From positions 224,001 through 288,000 of the forward strand of contig JAKFBS010000003.1 of the NCBI GenBank assembly GCA_036677065.1: 64,000 nucleotides of DNA, given 5' to 3'. This document shows positions 1 to 9,836 of the stretch, one piece after another. The position numbers and the translations under genes were made by a program. The stretch's first letter is position 1, and each line of letters opens with the position of its first letter. Source of the DNA: Bdellovibrio sp. GTDB lineage: Bacteria > Bdellovibrionota > Bdellovibrionia > Bdellovibrionales > Bdellovibrionaceae. Under the pieces are notes generated by a model. The model did no database searches. It was not told the origin of the DNA and saw only the letters and a list, made by a program, of their open reading frames with translations.

Positions 1-144
1 GGAACAGATGCAAGCAAAATTTTTACAGGCAAAATCAGCGGATTTAGGTTTAAAAGCAGCTAGTTATAGACTTTTACGCCCTGTTCGACTATCTCTAGGT
101 TCTCAAAATTAATCGACTGTAATAAGTCACAAAAAGGACGGCCA

Positions 145-1323
145 ATGACGCTATCTGAAACTTCGCAAGCAGCTAACGCTGTGGACAACGTAACTGTTGT
201 TACTCCAGAACTAGTAAACTTTTACTCTTTCACACTTCCAGATTTAGAAGCTTTTCTAAAAAAATACGGTAAAGAAAAATTTCGCGCTCAGCAGATATTC
301 AAATGGGTTTACGAATCGCGCGTAACGGATTTCGATCAAATGTTAAATCTATCAAAAGATTTACGTGCAGAATTAAAACACTTAATTTCTTTTAACTTAC
401 CTCCGGTGATCAAACATTTAATCAGTGTTGATGGCACGCAAAAATTCTTATTTGATGTGGGCCAGGGCAATTCAATCGAAGCAGTTGTGATTCCATCAGA
501 TGACCGTTTAACTTTATGTGTATCTTCAGAAATTGGCTGTAACATGGCCTGCAAATTTTGTTTTACCGGAAAACAAAATTTAAAACGTCGCTTAACTGCA
601 GACGAAATCGTTGGCCAATTTATGGTCGTGCAGGATTCACTGGCGCGTGAAGGCCAAGGCCGTAAATTATCAAATATTGTATTCATGGGCATGGGTGAAC
701 CGTTAGATAATTCAGATAACGTGTTTAAATCTATCGAAGTGATTCACTCTCCATGGGGTGTGAATTTATCTCGTAAAAAAATCACCGTATCAACTTCAGG
801 TTTAATTCCTGAAATGTACAAAGTAGCAGAAGCGAAAGTACGTTTAGCTGTAAGTTTAAATGCTTATTGTGATGAAGTGCGTACGCAAGTTATGCCAATT
901 AACAAGAAATATCCGTTAAAAGATCTTTTAGAAGAATGTAAACGTTATTACCGTGCAACGGGTGAGAAAATCACTATGGAGTACGTTTTATTAAAAGGTG
1001 TGACTGATCAAATCGATCACGCGCGCCAGTTAGTTAAACTTTTAAGAGATGTTCCGTGCAAAATTAATCTTATTCCATTTAATGAACATCCAGGTTCTGA
1101 CTTTGAACGTCCAAGTGATGAAGCTGTTCAGGCTTTCCACGCTGAGACGCAAAAACTTGGCGCACAAACGTTATTGCGTCGTACTATGGGCCGCGATATT
1201 TTCGCAGCTTGTGGTCAATTAACTACAAAAAATATTGAACGTCCTGAAAGAATGGATACTTCAAATTCAAAAATCGGAGGAACGAATGTCAGAAGTTTTA
1301 GTAGTGGGCAGCCTAGCCTATGA
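145..1323 (+). CDS. rlmN: 23S rRNA/tRNA dual-specificity radical SAM methyltransferase RlmN
   Basis: CNMACKFC radical-SAM motif, NIVFMGMGEP, INLIPFN, DIFAACGQL. Confidence 0.96.
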   Translation: MTLSETSQAANAVDNVTVVTPELVNFYSFTLPDLEAFLKKYGKEKFRAQQIFKWVYESRVTDFDQMLNLSKDLRAELKHLISFNLPPVIKHLISVDGTQKFLFDVGQGNSIEAVVIPSDDRLTLCVSSEIGCNMACKFCFTGKQNLKRRLTADEIVGQFMVVQDSLAREGQGRKLSNIVFMGMGEPLDNSDNVFKSIEVIHSPWGVNLSRKKITVSTSGLIPEMYKVAEAKVRLAVSLNAYCDEVRTQVMPINKKYPLKDLLEECKRYYRATGEKITMEYVLLKGVTDQIDHARQLVKLLRDVPCKINLIPFNEHPGSDFERPSDEAVQAFHAETQKLGAQTLLRRTMGRDIFAACGQLTTKNIERPERMDTSNSKIGGTNVRSFSSGQPSL

Positions 1324-2209
1324 TTCAGTAAAGACACCATCAGGCAAAGCAGAAAGATCTTTAGGCGGTTCAGCGAATTACTTTTCAGTTTCGTCGAGTT
1401 TATTTTCTAAAGTTCAGGTCGTTGGCGTTGTTGGTTCTGATTATTCAGATGCTGATCGCGAAATTTTAAATTCACGTGGCGTTGATTTAGACGGCATGCA
1501 AGTTGTTCCTGGTAAGACTTTTCACTGGGAAGGCACTTACGAAAACAATTTAAACGAAGCTGTTACGTTAAAAACAGAATTAAACGTTTTTGCTGATTTT
1601 AATCCTGAATTGCCTGCGAAATACAAAGGCACGCGCTTTGTTTTCTTAGCTAATATCGATCCGGTTTTACAATTAAAAGTTTTAGCGCAAATTCAAAACC
1701 CGGTTTTTGTGGGTATGGATTCAATGAACTTTTGGATCAACTCTAAGCAGTCTGATTTAATTGAAGTGATCGAAAAAGTTGATATCGTTTTCGTTAATGA
1801 AACTGAAGCGAAAATGTTAACTCAAGTAGATAACGCTATCGTTGCCATTAAAAAAGTTGCTGAACTTGGTCCTGAGTACGTTGTTGTTAAACGTGGTGAG
1901 TACGGCTCAACAGTTTATTCAAAAACTCATGGCTTTTTTCAATGCCCAGCTTTACCTGTTGAAAAAGTTGTCGATCCAACTGGAGCAGGTGATTCTTTCG
2001 CGGGTGGATTTTTTGGTTATCTAGCAAGCTTACGCCCAACTGGCCAAGATCAAAAACCGACTTGGACAGAGTTAAAACAAGCGACGTTAGCTGGTACGGT
2101 GATGTCTTCACAAACTATTCAAGATTTCAGTCTTAAAGCTTTAGCTAAGATTGATAAATCATCTTACACTAAGATGAATGCTGATCTTGTTAAAATGATC
2201 ACTGTTTAA
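1286..2209 (+). CDS. PfkB-family carbohydrate/nucleoside kinase
   Basis: GGSANYF N-terminal motif and DPTGAGDSFAGG PfkB signature; start moved to ATG 1286 behind GGAGG (1276-1280); overlaps the rlmN 3' end. Confidence 0.9.
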   Translation: MSEVLVVGSLAYDSVKTPSGKAERSLGGSANYFSVSSSLFSKVQVVGVVGSDYSDADREILNSRGVDLDGMQVVPGKTFHWEGTYENNLNEAVTLKTELNVFADFNPELPAKYKGTRFVFLANIDPVLQLKVLAQIQNPVFVGMDSMNFWINSKQSDLIEVIEKVDIVFVNETEAKMLTQVDNAIVAIKKVAELGPEYVVVKRGEYGSTVYSKTHGFFQCPALPVEKVVDPTGAGDSFAGGFFGYLASLRPTGQDQKPTWTELKQATLAGTVMSSQTIQDFSLKALAKIDKSSYTKMNADLVKMITV

Positions 2210-2235
2210 TTTTCTTTGTGACAGAGAAGCCGTAT

Positions 2236-2928
2236 TTACGGCTTCTCTCGTTCGCAACCATCCGGAATCGGCACAAACAATGGACAATCAAGTCGTCGAC
2301 AGCCAGCTGGTGGATTTCCAACACTTAGTCGTATAAATTCCCCGAGCTCTTCACGTTTTTTTTCTTCCAAACCATAGAATCTGTAAAAATGCGGTGTCTT
2401 CGGGGCCTCTTCCCATGCTACCTTTGGGTAAATCAGTTTAAGCCAGGCTTTGCCGCCTTCGGCATCGCAAACTAGGCTGTAACCGCCTTCTTTCGGGTGC
2501 AGTTCAAATTTGATTTCTTGTTTTTTGCCATCCTCAACGCAGGTGAAAATTTCGCGCCAGTCGTCGGTTTCAAAGTGGTCACTTACACAAGCGGTTTTTA
2601 AAAAAGCATTTCTTTTGTCATGATGTGAATTAAATAAATCTGGCTCAACAGCGCCGGTGTATTCATAATAATTTGCTAGAAGGAAATCTTTTTTCCAGCC
2701 ACTTTGTTTTTGTTCGTCGAATTTGATTCCACCTGCGCATCTAACGCTTAAGACCGAGGCCTTACATTTTGATTTTACAGCAAGGTGAATTATAGTCTCG
2801 TGGTTTATCCGGCCGCTCCCGCCGCTTTGACCTGAACTTTGACTTAGAACAATTTGACCTAAAATTTGGATTGAAAAAAGAGAAGCCATTGCGAATGCAA
2901 AAAATAGATTGCCTGATAATTTCCCCAT
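2236..2928 (-). CDS. hypothetical secreted Cys-containing protein
   Basis: 230-aa ORF with hydrophobic N-terminus; no family recognised. Confidence 0.6.
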   Translation of the reverse strand: MGKLSGNLFFAFAMASLFSIQILGQIVLSQSSGQSGGSGRINHETIIHLAVKSKCKASVLSVRCAGGIKFDEQKQSGWKKDFLLANYYEYTGAVEPDLFNSHHDKRNAFLKTACVSDHFETDDWREIFTCVEDGKKQEIKFELHPKEGGYSLVCDAEGGKAWLKLIYPKVAWEEAPKTPHFYRFYGLEEKKREELGEFIRLSVGNPPAGCRRLDCPLFVPIPDGCEREKP

Positions 2929-2995
2929 AAATTGAGTTTAAAGCAAAGATTGCCTGTGAGTGAAAATTATTAAAATCATTCTCAAAATGAGACAA

Positions 2996-3745
2996 CTAAG
3001 AACATGGTTGGCTTAAAGGTCCTAAGTACACAGATAGTTTATAGACCTCTGTTGCAGTCGATGTTTCAGCAATTTCAGCCACTTGCTCCTGAAACAAGCG
3101 AATGGCAGATCTAAGCAATTCCATTTGCTGAGTATCAAAAGAAAAAGTGATTGAAGTCATATCTCGTAATTCAACAGGCACTTCTGCCAGATTTTTTTTA
3201 TGAATTTCGATATCCTGTAGATGTGATTTTTTAATCGCTGATGACGGAATATTATCAAACGTTTCGACGTCTTCATTTGTGATTATGATTTTTCCATCAA
3301 GGCGTTTGATTAATTTATGATTTTCAAGATTTCGCAACGCTGTTTCGATCACAGTCACTTCTAAAGAAAGTTTTTTAGCCATCCACTCAGAGGACGAGCG
3401 AAAATCTTTTGTTTTGGTTAAAGATAGAATCGCCAGATGTTCCCAAGATAAAAGTTCATCAAAGATATCGTGCTCTATTTTTTTGAATGCGCGGGGTTTT
3501 GATTCGGTAAGCAGTGGATTATAATTTAAAATCTGAAGTTGCTCTTTCTCAGAGTAGCCGATTTTTTCAAGAACTTCCTGAGCTTTTTTTTTAGAAATAC
3601 CACGTTTGCCAGAAAGAAAGTCGGTTAAGGCTCCTGAACTAAGACCAATTTTTAATGCAAACGATCGTTTACTAAAACGTTTGTTTTTGTTGGAAAGCTT
3701 TTGAAAGTGATCATTCACTATTTTGATTAGGAGATTATTCTTCAT
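2996..3745 (-). CDS. TIGR02147-family protein (N-terminal HTH + DUF4423-like C-terminus)
   Basis: FSKRSFALKIGLSSGALTDFLSGKRGIS HTH; WEHLAILSL, PSSAIKKSH, RDMTSITF, EVYKLSVYL motifs. Confidence 0.85.
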   Translation of the reverse strand: MKNNLLIKIVNDHFQKLSNKNKRFSKRSFALKIGLSSGALTDFLSGKRGISKKKAQEVLEKIGYSEKEQLQILNYNPLLTESKPRAFKKIEHDIFDELLSWEHLAILSLTKTKDFRSSSEWMAKKLSLEVTVIETALRNLENHKLIKRLDGKIIITNEDVETFDNIPSSAIKKSHLQDIEIHKKNLAEVPVELRDMTSITFSFDTQQMELLRSAIRLFQEQVAEIAETSTATEVYKLSVYLGPLSQPCS

Positions 3746-3798
3746 TGATGATTTAAGGGTATTGATATTCTCTGCAAGCTGTCAAAAGGAAATGTGAC

Positions 3799-3818
3799 TG
3801 CTCCTTAAAAGTGGAGCA
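3799..3818. promoter_or_regulatory. palindromic candidate operator TGCTCC-N8-GGAGCA
   Basis: Perfect 6-bp inverted repeat between the divergent TIGR02147 gene and the 3872 gene; near copy at 4661-4680. Confidence 0.45.
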
Positions 3819-3871
3819 AACAACCTAGATTAAATGTTTGATTGTGAAAAAAAAGTATTAGTAAATAAAGC

Positions 3872-4543
3872 ATGTTTAAAAAACTGTTTATTTTAGTGCT
3901 TTTATTTTCATTAGATCTTGCAGCTATAGGCCGTGTCGGCAATGGTGGAAACATCATCGTGTGTCTAAAGCCTGAATCAGGCCAGTGTTACGGCCGCCGG
4001 GGCTATACCGGAGCTTTTTATGATACTTATGAAGCAGACATTCGCTATCAAATGAAGCCTCTTTCAATGGCAGGCAATTTTGTAGAACCAGCTTCAGCTG
4101 TAGATTACGCGATACAACTTTTAGATTCAGTCAAAAAACATGATTTTGAACTTGCGACCGAGCTGATTGGATTTGTTGAAAAATTTGAATCTGAAGCTAA
4201 CTATGTTTCGGGAATTGTTTTATTGCCGGTGCCAGACACTGGAATTTCTTTTATCCCTTATTCTTCTGAACTAAAACAATTAGTTATACAAACAGAACCT
4301 CTTACCGCAAAAGACAAGCGCTACCTTATTTCTGCTGATTTGTGGCAATTGATGACCACAGCTGATCAGGCCCACGCGATTTTGCACGAAGTTTTATACA
4401 GATTTGTTCTTCATGCTACACCAGATATAAAAACTTCAGATAACGTCAGATACTTTAATGCTTATGTTATTTCTGGAGAATTTAATAAAATGACCAAGAA
4501 TGAATATAATCAGGTTAAATATTTTGTATTAAGTATGAAATAA
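3872..4543 (+). CDS. hypothetical secreted protein (GRVGNGG motif after signal peptide; HEVLY motif)
   Basis: Signal peptide MFKKLFILVLLFSLDLAA then GRVGNGG, a pattern common among Bdellovibrio secreted paralogues. Confidence 0.7.
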   Translation: MFKKLFILVLLFSLDLAAIGRVGNGGNIIVCLKPESGQCYGRRGYTGAFYDTYEADIRYQMKPLSMAGNFVEPASAVDYAIQLLDSVKKHDFELATELIGFVEKFESEANYVSGIVLLPVPDTGISFIPYSSELKQLVIQTEPLTAKDKRYLISADLWQLMTTADQAHAILHEVLYRFVLHATPDIKTSDNVRYFNAYVISGEFNKMTKNEYNQVKYFVLSMK

Positions 4544-4573
4544 AAAAAAGGGAGATTACTTTCGTAACCTCCC
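4542..4573 (-). terminator. intrinsic terminator, minus-strand oriented
   Basis: On - strand GGGAGGTTAC-GAAA-GTAATCTCCC followed by T8. Confidence 0.75.
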
Positions 4574-4820
4574 CTTAGTGTGAAGACGCTGTGTCTTTTA
4601 TTTAAATGTAATAACTTATCGCCATGTTTCGTGTTTAGTTAAGACTCGCTTCGTTGATTTTGCTTCAAGTAAATGGAGCAGAATACTTCGATGACGGTAA
4701 CGGTTGGTAAGCTATTCAGCGGTTTCAACTGCTGGCCTGGTCGTATATTAGCGGCTTATGTTTTATTCTGAGACACTCTTCAACGTTTTTTAGCGATTTA
4801 ACATTTTGATACAAGATCAC

Positions 4821-4848
4821 TCTAGTTCGCTCGTCTTTAGACCGATAA
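4821..4848 (+). promoter_or_regulatory. sigma28/FliA-like promoter
   Basis: TCTA-N16-ACCGATAA upstream of the 4880 operon. Confidence 0.55.
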
Positions 4849-4879
4849 ATACTTAGGTAATTTAACGGGTTAGGTCAAG

Positions 4880-6199
4880 ATGAGCAAAAGCCAAAAACCG
4901 AAACAAGAAAAATCGCAAACAGCGGATGATATTCTATCATCGTTGATGGAAGATTTAAAAGATGTCGATAAAGCCATCTCGGATGATCCTTTCGGAAATG
5001 ATTTAGGTTTAGATCCTGATTTATTAAAAAATATTTCGGCATCGGATGATGGCGAAGAAAATATTATCCAACTAGAAGACGGCTCGATTTCAGGTTTGTT
5101 TTCTCCTGACGCAATTAATATTAATTTAGATAATGAAGATTCTTTAGAAGGAATCGTTGGCGATATTTTTGAAGTGCCAGCTGAGCCTGATGCGAATGCT
5201 TTCGCACAATTTCAAACGCCTGAAGCTCCAAAAAAAGAAGTCAGCTTATTTGATAATGAGGATGCAGTTGCTGCAGCTGCAGCTCCTGAGGTTGTGCCAC
5301 AACCGCCAGCGAATATTCCAAGCGGCGAACCAAGTTTATTTGGTGGATCTGATTTAGCTGCTAAAGGTAACGATTATTCAAGTTTAGGCGCAGACGAAAA
5401 AACAGCAGCAACAGAAATTCAATCTGATATGCCGCCGGCGATGGAAGATTTTGGTAATGTTGATAACGGTGATGGTGAAAAAACAGTTGCCGTTGCAGGA
5501 TTTTCTCAGCGTGCGTCTGAAGATTATGGTGATAAAGTCAAAGTATCTGTCGGACAAATGCGCGGCAATGCCTTTTCAAGTGGTTACGCGGCGTGGGGAT
5601 CTTCGGATTCAAACTTGGCGCAGTCAGAAAATTTACGTATCGCGCAAGAAAAGATTTTAGATTTAGAAAAAGACAATGAAAAATTACGTTCACAAAATGA
5701 AGAATTAATCGCTGCGTCTGAAATCGTAAAAGAACGCGCAGATTTATTAACTGGTCAGTTACATGAGTTTAAAGCCGATCGTGACTCATTAGAGCAATCA
5801 TTCAAAAATGAAAACGGAATTTTAAAAAGCCAGATCATGCGTAAAGATGCCGAGATCGTCAAAGCATCTATGAAAATCGAAGAGCTTGAGTCAAGAATGA
5901 AATTTGATTTAAAGAAAATTCGCGTGCGTGAGCGTGAACTAGAAAATCGTCTAGAATTAATTCGTGCAGAAAAGAATGCGTTAGTTAAGACTAAAGACGA
6001 ACAAATCCTTGATGTACGTCGAAAATTAGATCAAGTTCAACTGGAAGTTGAAAGCTACCGTCAGAAGTGTGTAGAATTGAATAAGGTTATTGATACTAAT
6101 CAAGAGTCTTTCAAACGTACAACACGTGCTCTGCGATTAGCGATGGCTAACTTAGAATTACAAGAAGAGAATAAACCAGCACTTAAAAAAGTAGACTAA
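4880..6199 (+). CDS. hypothetical protein: acidic disordered N-terminus + long C-terminal coiled coil
   Basis: D/E/P/A-rich first half, heptad-rich second half. Confidence 0.8.
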   Translation: MSKSQKPKQEKSQTADDILSSLMEDLKDVDKAISDDPFGNDLGLDPDLLKNISASDDGEENIIQLEDGSISGLFSPDAININLDNEDSLEGIVGDIFEVPAEPDANAFAQFQTPEAPKKEVSLFDNEDAVAAAAAPEVVPQPPANIPSGEPSLFGGSDLAAKGNDYSSLGADEKTAATEIQSDMPPAMEDFGNVDNGDGEKTVAVAGFSQRASEDYGDKVKVSVGQMRGNAFSSGYAAWGSSDSNLAQSENLRIAQEKILDLEKDNEKLRSQNEELIAASEIVKERADLLTGQLHEFKADRDSLEQSFKNENGILKSQIMRKDAEIVKASMKIEELESRMKFDLKKIRVRERELENRLELIRAEKNALVKTKDEQILDVRRKLDQVQLEVESYRQKCVELNKVIDTNQESFKRTTRALRLAMANLELQEENKPALKKVD

Positions 6200-6204
6200 T
6201 ATTA

Positions 6205-7320
6205 ATGGCAGCAACGATCACGGACGACGTTAAAAGACCAGCAAAGAAGATCAAACTAGTGATCAGCGATTTGCATTTGGGTAAAGGACGTCTTTTAGAA
6301 GATGGTGGGCTGAATTCATTAGAAGAATTCTATTACGCTGATAAGTTAGTTGAATTTTTTCAGTACTATTCATCTGGTGCTTACCGTGATTACGAAGTCG
6401 AAGTGATTATCAACGGTGATTTTTTAAATTTCTTACAAGTTGATTATAAAGGTCATTATCTAACTGCGATCACAGAAACAATTGCCTTAGAAGTTTTAAA
6501 AACTATTATTTCAGCACACGCTCCGGTGTTTAAAGCGATGGGCGATTTTTTAGCGCAACAATTTCGCCAGATTACCTATGTGATCGGTAACCACGATCAA
6601 GGCATGATGTTTCAGGCCTGTCGCGACTATTTAGATCAGTTCGTGGGTAAACCCTTACAATATAAAAGTATTATTTATTATATCGATGGCATTCATATCG
6701 AACACGGTCATATGCACGAGGCGGCCAACCGCATGGACCCACGTAAATTTTTTATCAAACAAGGTGTGCCAGAACCAATTTTAAATTTACCTTTTGGATC
6801 GCATTTTTTTGTTGAACTAGTGTTAAAGATTAAAGAACGTTACCCACATGTAGATAAAATTCGCCCTTTTGGCGCAATGATTCGCTGGGCGTTGTTTAAT
6901 GAAACAGCCGTTATGTTCAAATCGATTGGGCTGTTGTCTAAATATATCTATCAAATTTTATTTTCGGCAGACCCTCGTTATAAGTGGCCGTTAAAAAAAC
7001 TTTTAAAAATTTTCTTAGAGAGTGCGATCTTTCCGGATTTAAGTCTGGCTGCTAAAAGAATTTTGGCTGATGAGCGCGTGCATTCAGTGGTTTTTGGCCA
7101 CACCCATGTTTACGAATACCGTAAATGGGGAACCCGTAAAGAATACTTCAATACCGGCACCTGGACCGAGCTGACATCTTTAGATGTTACATCACTTGGC
7201 CGGATCACTAAATTAACTTACGTTCTTTTTGAATATACAGAATCTGACACTCGTCCGCACGGGCGCTTAAAAGAGTGGAAGGGTTTTCACCGTATCGAAG
7301 AAGACGTTGCTGTATCATAA
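6205..7320 (+). CDS. calcineurin-like metallophosphoesterase
   Basis: SDLHLG, NGDFL, GNHD, EHGH, GHTH motifs. Confidence 0.88.
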   Translation: MAATITDDVKRPAKKIKLVISDLHLGKGRLLEDGGLNSLEEFYYADKLVEFFQYYSSGAYRDYEVEVIINGDFLNFLQVDYKGHYLTAITETIALEVLKTIISAHAPVFKAMGDFLAQQFRQITYVIGNHDQGMMFQACRDYLDQFVGKPLQYKSIIYYIDGIHIEHGHMHEAANRMDPRKFFIKQGVPEPILNLPFGSHFFVELVLKIKERYPHVDKIRPFGAMIRWALFNETAVMFKSIGLLSKYIYQILFSADPRYKWPLKKLLKIFLESAIFPDLSLAAKRILADERVHSVVFGHTHVYEYRKWGTRKEYFNTGTWTELTSLDVTSLGRITKLTYVLFEYTESDTRPHGRLKEWKGFHRIEEDVAVS

Positions 7321-7392
7321 TCTTAAGTCTAGTCCTTGATTGATCAATGATATTTTCTCGAGCATACTTTCTTAATAGAGGTGAGTTACAAC

Positions 7393-8313
7393 ATGTCGAA
7401 AAACAACGAACAAGAAGCAACGGTGATGGGAGCTTTGAGCGACACTTTCAGGGGTGCGCTTAAACAAGCTGATGATGCGCCTCCGGCTCTTGTGTGTTTA
7501 GTTGGTCCGACTGAAGCTGTTGGAAAACAGTGGTTAGTAACAAAACCCGACATGACCATCGGTCGTTCTCCAGATTGTGATATCTATATCAACGATACTT
7601 CTTTGAGCCGCTCGCATGCGAAAATTATGCAAGCTGGTTTTGATGTGGTGATCATGGATATGAATTCAACGAATAAAACTTCAGTTAATGATCAAATTGC
7701 AGTTCCGATGGTGCAAAGAAAATTACATAACAGCGACAGAATCAAAGCTGGCAATGTCATTTTGAAATTTTTAGAAAAAGGCAGTATCGAAATTATTGCT
7801 AATCAAAGGACTTTAGAAAAAGCGCAAAAAGATGCTCTTACCGGAGCTTACTCTAAAGGTGCGTTATTAGAAAAAGGCCCTGAGATTATTCAACGTGCAA
7901 AAAACTTAGGTGAGCCTTTATCAGTTATTACATTTGATATCGATTTTTTCAAAAAGGTGAATGATAACTTCGGCCATCCAGGCGGGGATTACGTTTTACG
8001 CGAATTAGGTAAACTTATGCAAGCGCGCCTGGTTCGTGCTAATGATTATTTTGCGCGTTTCGGCGGAGAAGAGTTTGTCACTTTATTGCAAGCTACGAAT
8101 ATCAAAACCGCTGCAGAAGTGGCCGAGCGTATTCGTCAAACCGTAGAAGCTCATGAATTTATTTTTGATGGTCGTAAAGTTCCTGTAACAATCTCAATTG
8201 GTGTGGCGCAATTCAATAGCATCGACACTTGGGAATCAGTTTATGATCGCGCTGACAAAGCCTTATATTCAAGTAAACAAAACGGCCGCAACAAGGTCAC
8301 TGTAGCTGGCTAA
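7393..8313 (+). CDS. dgcB: FHA-GGDEF diguanylate cyclase, DgcB-like
   Basis: Thr-containing N-terminal tail, FHA (IGRS..SRSHA..STN), GGEEF active site with RANDY I-site; start ATG 7393 after GAGGTG; architecture and adjacency to an ECF sigma match B. bacteriovorus DgcB as recalled. Confidence 0.82.
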   Translation: MSKNNEQEATVMGALSDTFRGALKQADDAPPALVCLVGPTEAVGKQWLVTKPDMTIGRSPDCDIYINDTSLSRSHAKIMQAGFDVVIMDMNSTNKTSVNDQIAVPMVQRKLHNSDRIKAGNVILKFLEKGSIEIIANQRTLEKAQKDALTGAYSKGALLEKGPEIIQRAKNLGEPLSVITFDIDFFKKVNDNFGHPGGDYVLRELGKLMQARLVRANDYFARFGGEEFVTLLQATNIKTAAEVAERIRQTVEAHEFIFDGRKVPVTISIGVAQFNSIDTWESVYDRADKALYSSKQNGRNKVTVAG

Positions 8314-8314
8314 T

Positions 8315-8998
8315 ATGCAAAACTTTTTTGAAAAGTTACCTAAGTCAGAAATCGAATCTATTTTTAGAAAAAATATATTCGACAAATGCCAAATCACCAT
8401 TGATGGCAAAGTAAATGACGTTGTTCGTGTGAACTTAACTTCTTCAGAAGTCGAAAAATTCGGTAAGCTTTATATTCTTCCTTTAGAAGTCTACGAATTA
8501 AAAGATCGCATGTGCGCTTTTAGCTTTCGTATTGGCACGCGTGTTTTCTTCTTTAAAGCTAAGGTTTTGATGGATGGCAAAGGCTTTTACGTGCAATCCA
8601 ATATGGAAATGCTAGAGCTTCGTCGGCGACGTCATGTGCGCTTTGAAGTGCCAGATGATTTTCCGCATGAAGTGTATGTGATTACCTCTTTAAATAAGAA
8701 TGCGCGTGTAGAAGCCAAATTATCGAACTTTTCTGAATCAGGCGCAAAAATGATCGTGATGGCCGATTTGGTCCTGTTCCAAAAGGGCAGTGGTGTTATT
8801 TTGTCTGTTAAGGTTGGCAAGCGCGCCGTGTTCTTGGTTGGCTGCGTAATTCGCTTTGTTAGTCGTAAACCTAAAGAAAATCCAGAGCTTGGCCTAGAAT
8901 TCGTAAATCTGACTGAAATCAAAAAGAGCCGCATTTTAAATGTGTGCGAAGACCTAACTCGTTTAATTGTCCAAGCTAATCGCAAACAGCGCCGCTAG
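8315..8998 (+). CDS. PilZ-domain protein
   Basis: RRRRHVRF and NFSESG c-di-GMP-binding motifs, C-terminal GLEF. Confidence 0.82.
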   Translation: MQNFFEKLPKSEIESIFRKNIFDKCQITIDGKVNDVVRVNLTSSEVEKFGKLYILPLEVYELKDRMCAFSFRIGTRVFFFKAKVLMDGKGFYVQSNMEMLELRRRRHVRFEVPDDFPHEVYVITSLNKNARVEAKLSNFSESGAKMIVMADLVLFQKGSGVILSVKVGKRAVFLVGCVIRFVSRKPKENPELGLEFVNLTEIKKSRILNVCEDLTRLIVQANRKQRR

Positions 8999-9085
8999 CT
9001 CATAACTTTCTCTTATACATAGTATTACTAAACTTCGAAAAGATTAATTAATTCAATATGTTAGGCCATTTTGACTCTTTCCTAT

Positions 9086-9101
9086 TGGCCCACCCTTTGC
9101 T
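9086..9101 (+). promoter_or_regulatory. sigma54 (-24/-12) promoter
   Basis: TGGCCCACCCTTTGCT, GG-N10-GC spacing, upstream of the ECF sigma gene. Confidence 0.7.
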
Positions 9102-9220
9102 CTAATATTTAGCAAGCATGCTGAGATCTAAGAAAATAGGTTCTTGGAGGGGGCAGCATGAAAAAAGGTTAGTAAGCGATCATAAGTTTTACTAACCGAA
9201 GTTGGACAGGGGTGTGTCTT

Positions 9221-9835
9221 ATGATTCAAGTGGAGAAGACTGATCTACAGTTAGTCGAAGAAGTCCGCAACGGTCAGCGGTCATCATTCTCAGAACTTGT
9301 GAAACGACATCAAAAAGGATTGCTACGGTTAAGTATGAGATTTGTGAAGGACCTAGATATTGCACAAGACGTGGTGCAGGAGTCTTTTATTAAGACTTTT
9401 GAGAAACTAAATTCTTTTGAAGGGCGCTCGTCTTTCAAAAGTTGGTTGTATCAAATTACAGTCAATACAGCTCGCAATAAACTGCGTGAAGATCGTTACG
9501 ACTTCTCTGACATTGAGGATGTTCAACTTGGCGTAGACCCGCAAGCTGAAAGATCACTTGTTCACAGAGCTGTCGGCGAAATTCTGAATGCAGAAGTTGA
9601 GAAGCTTCCTTTCAAACAAAAAACAGCTCTGGTGTTACGCGTGTACGAAGATATGAGCTTTTCTGAAATCGCTGAAGTTATGGAGTGCCCGTACGATACG
9701 GCTAAAGCGAACTATAGACATGCACTATTGAAGTTAAAAGAAGTTTTTGAAGATCGTGCAGAATTAAAATCTTGGACAAACGAGATTGGTGGATTCTTCA
9801 CAGAACTAAATACTAAATATGCGGAGGCAGAATAA
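9221..9835 (+). CDS. ECF (RpoE-like) sigma-70 factor
   Basis: Region 2 AQDVVQESF..FKSWLYQITVNTARN and region 4 MSFSEIAEVMECP; start uncertain (GTG 9212 / ATG 9221). Confidence 0.92.
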   Translation: MIQVEKTDLQLVEEVRNGQRSSFSELVKRHQKGLLRLSMRFVKDLDIAQDVVQESFIKTFEKLNSFEGRSSFKSWLYQITVNTARNKLREDRYDFSDIEDVQLGVDPQAERSLVHRAVGEILNAEVEKLPFKQKTALVLRVYEDMSFSEIAEVMECPYDTAKANYRHALLKLKEVFEDRAELKSWTNEIGGFFTELNTKYAEAE

Positions 9836-9836
9836 C

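Noticed and set aside
4576..4740. 6S RNA or c-di-GMP riboswitch identity for the candidate sRNA
   Set aside because: Could not find end-to-end pairing or the riboswitch consensus by eye
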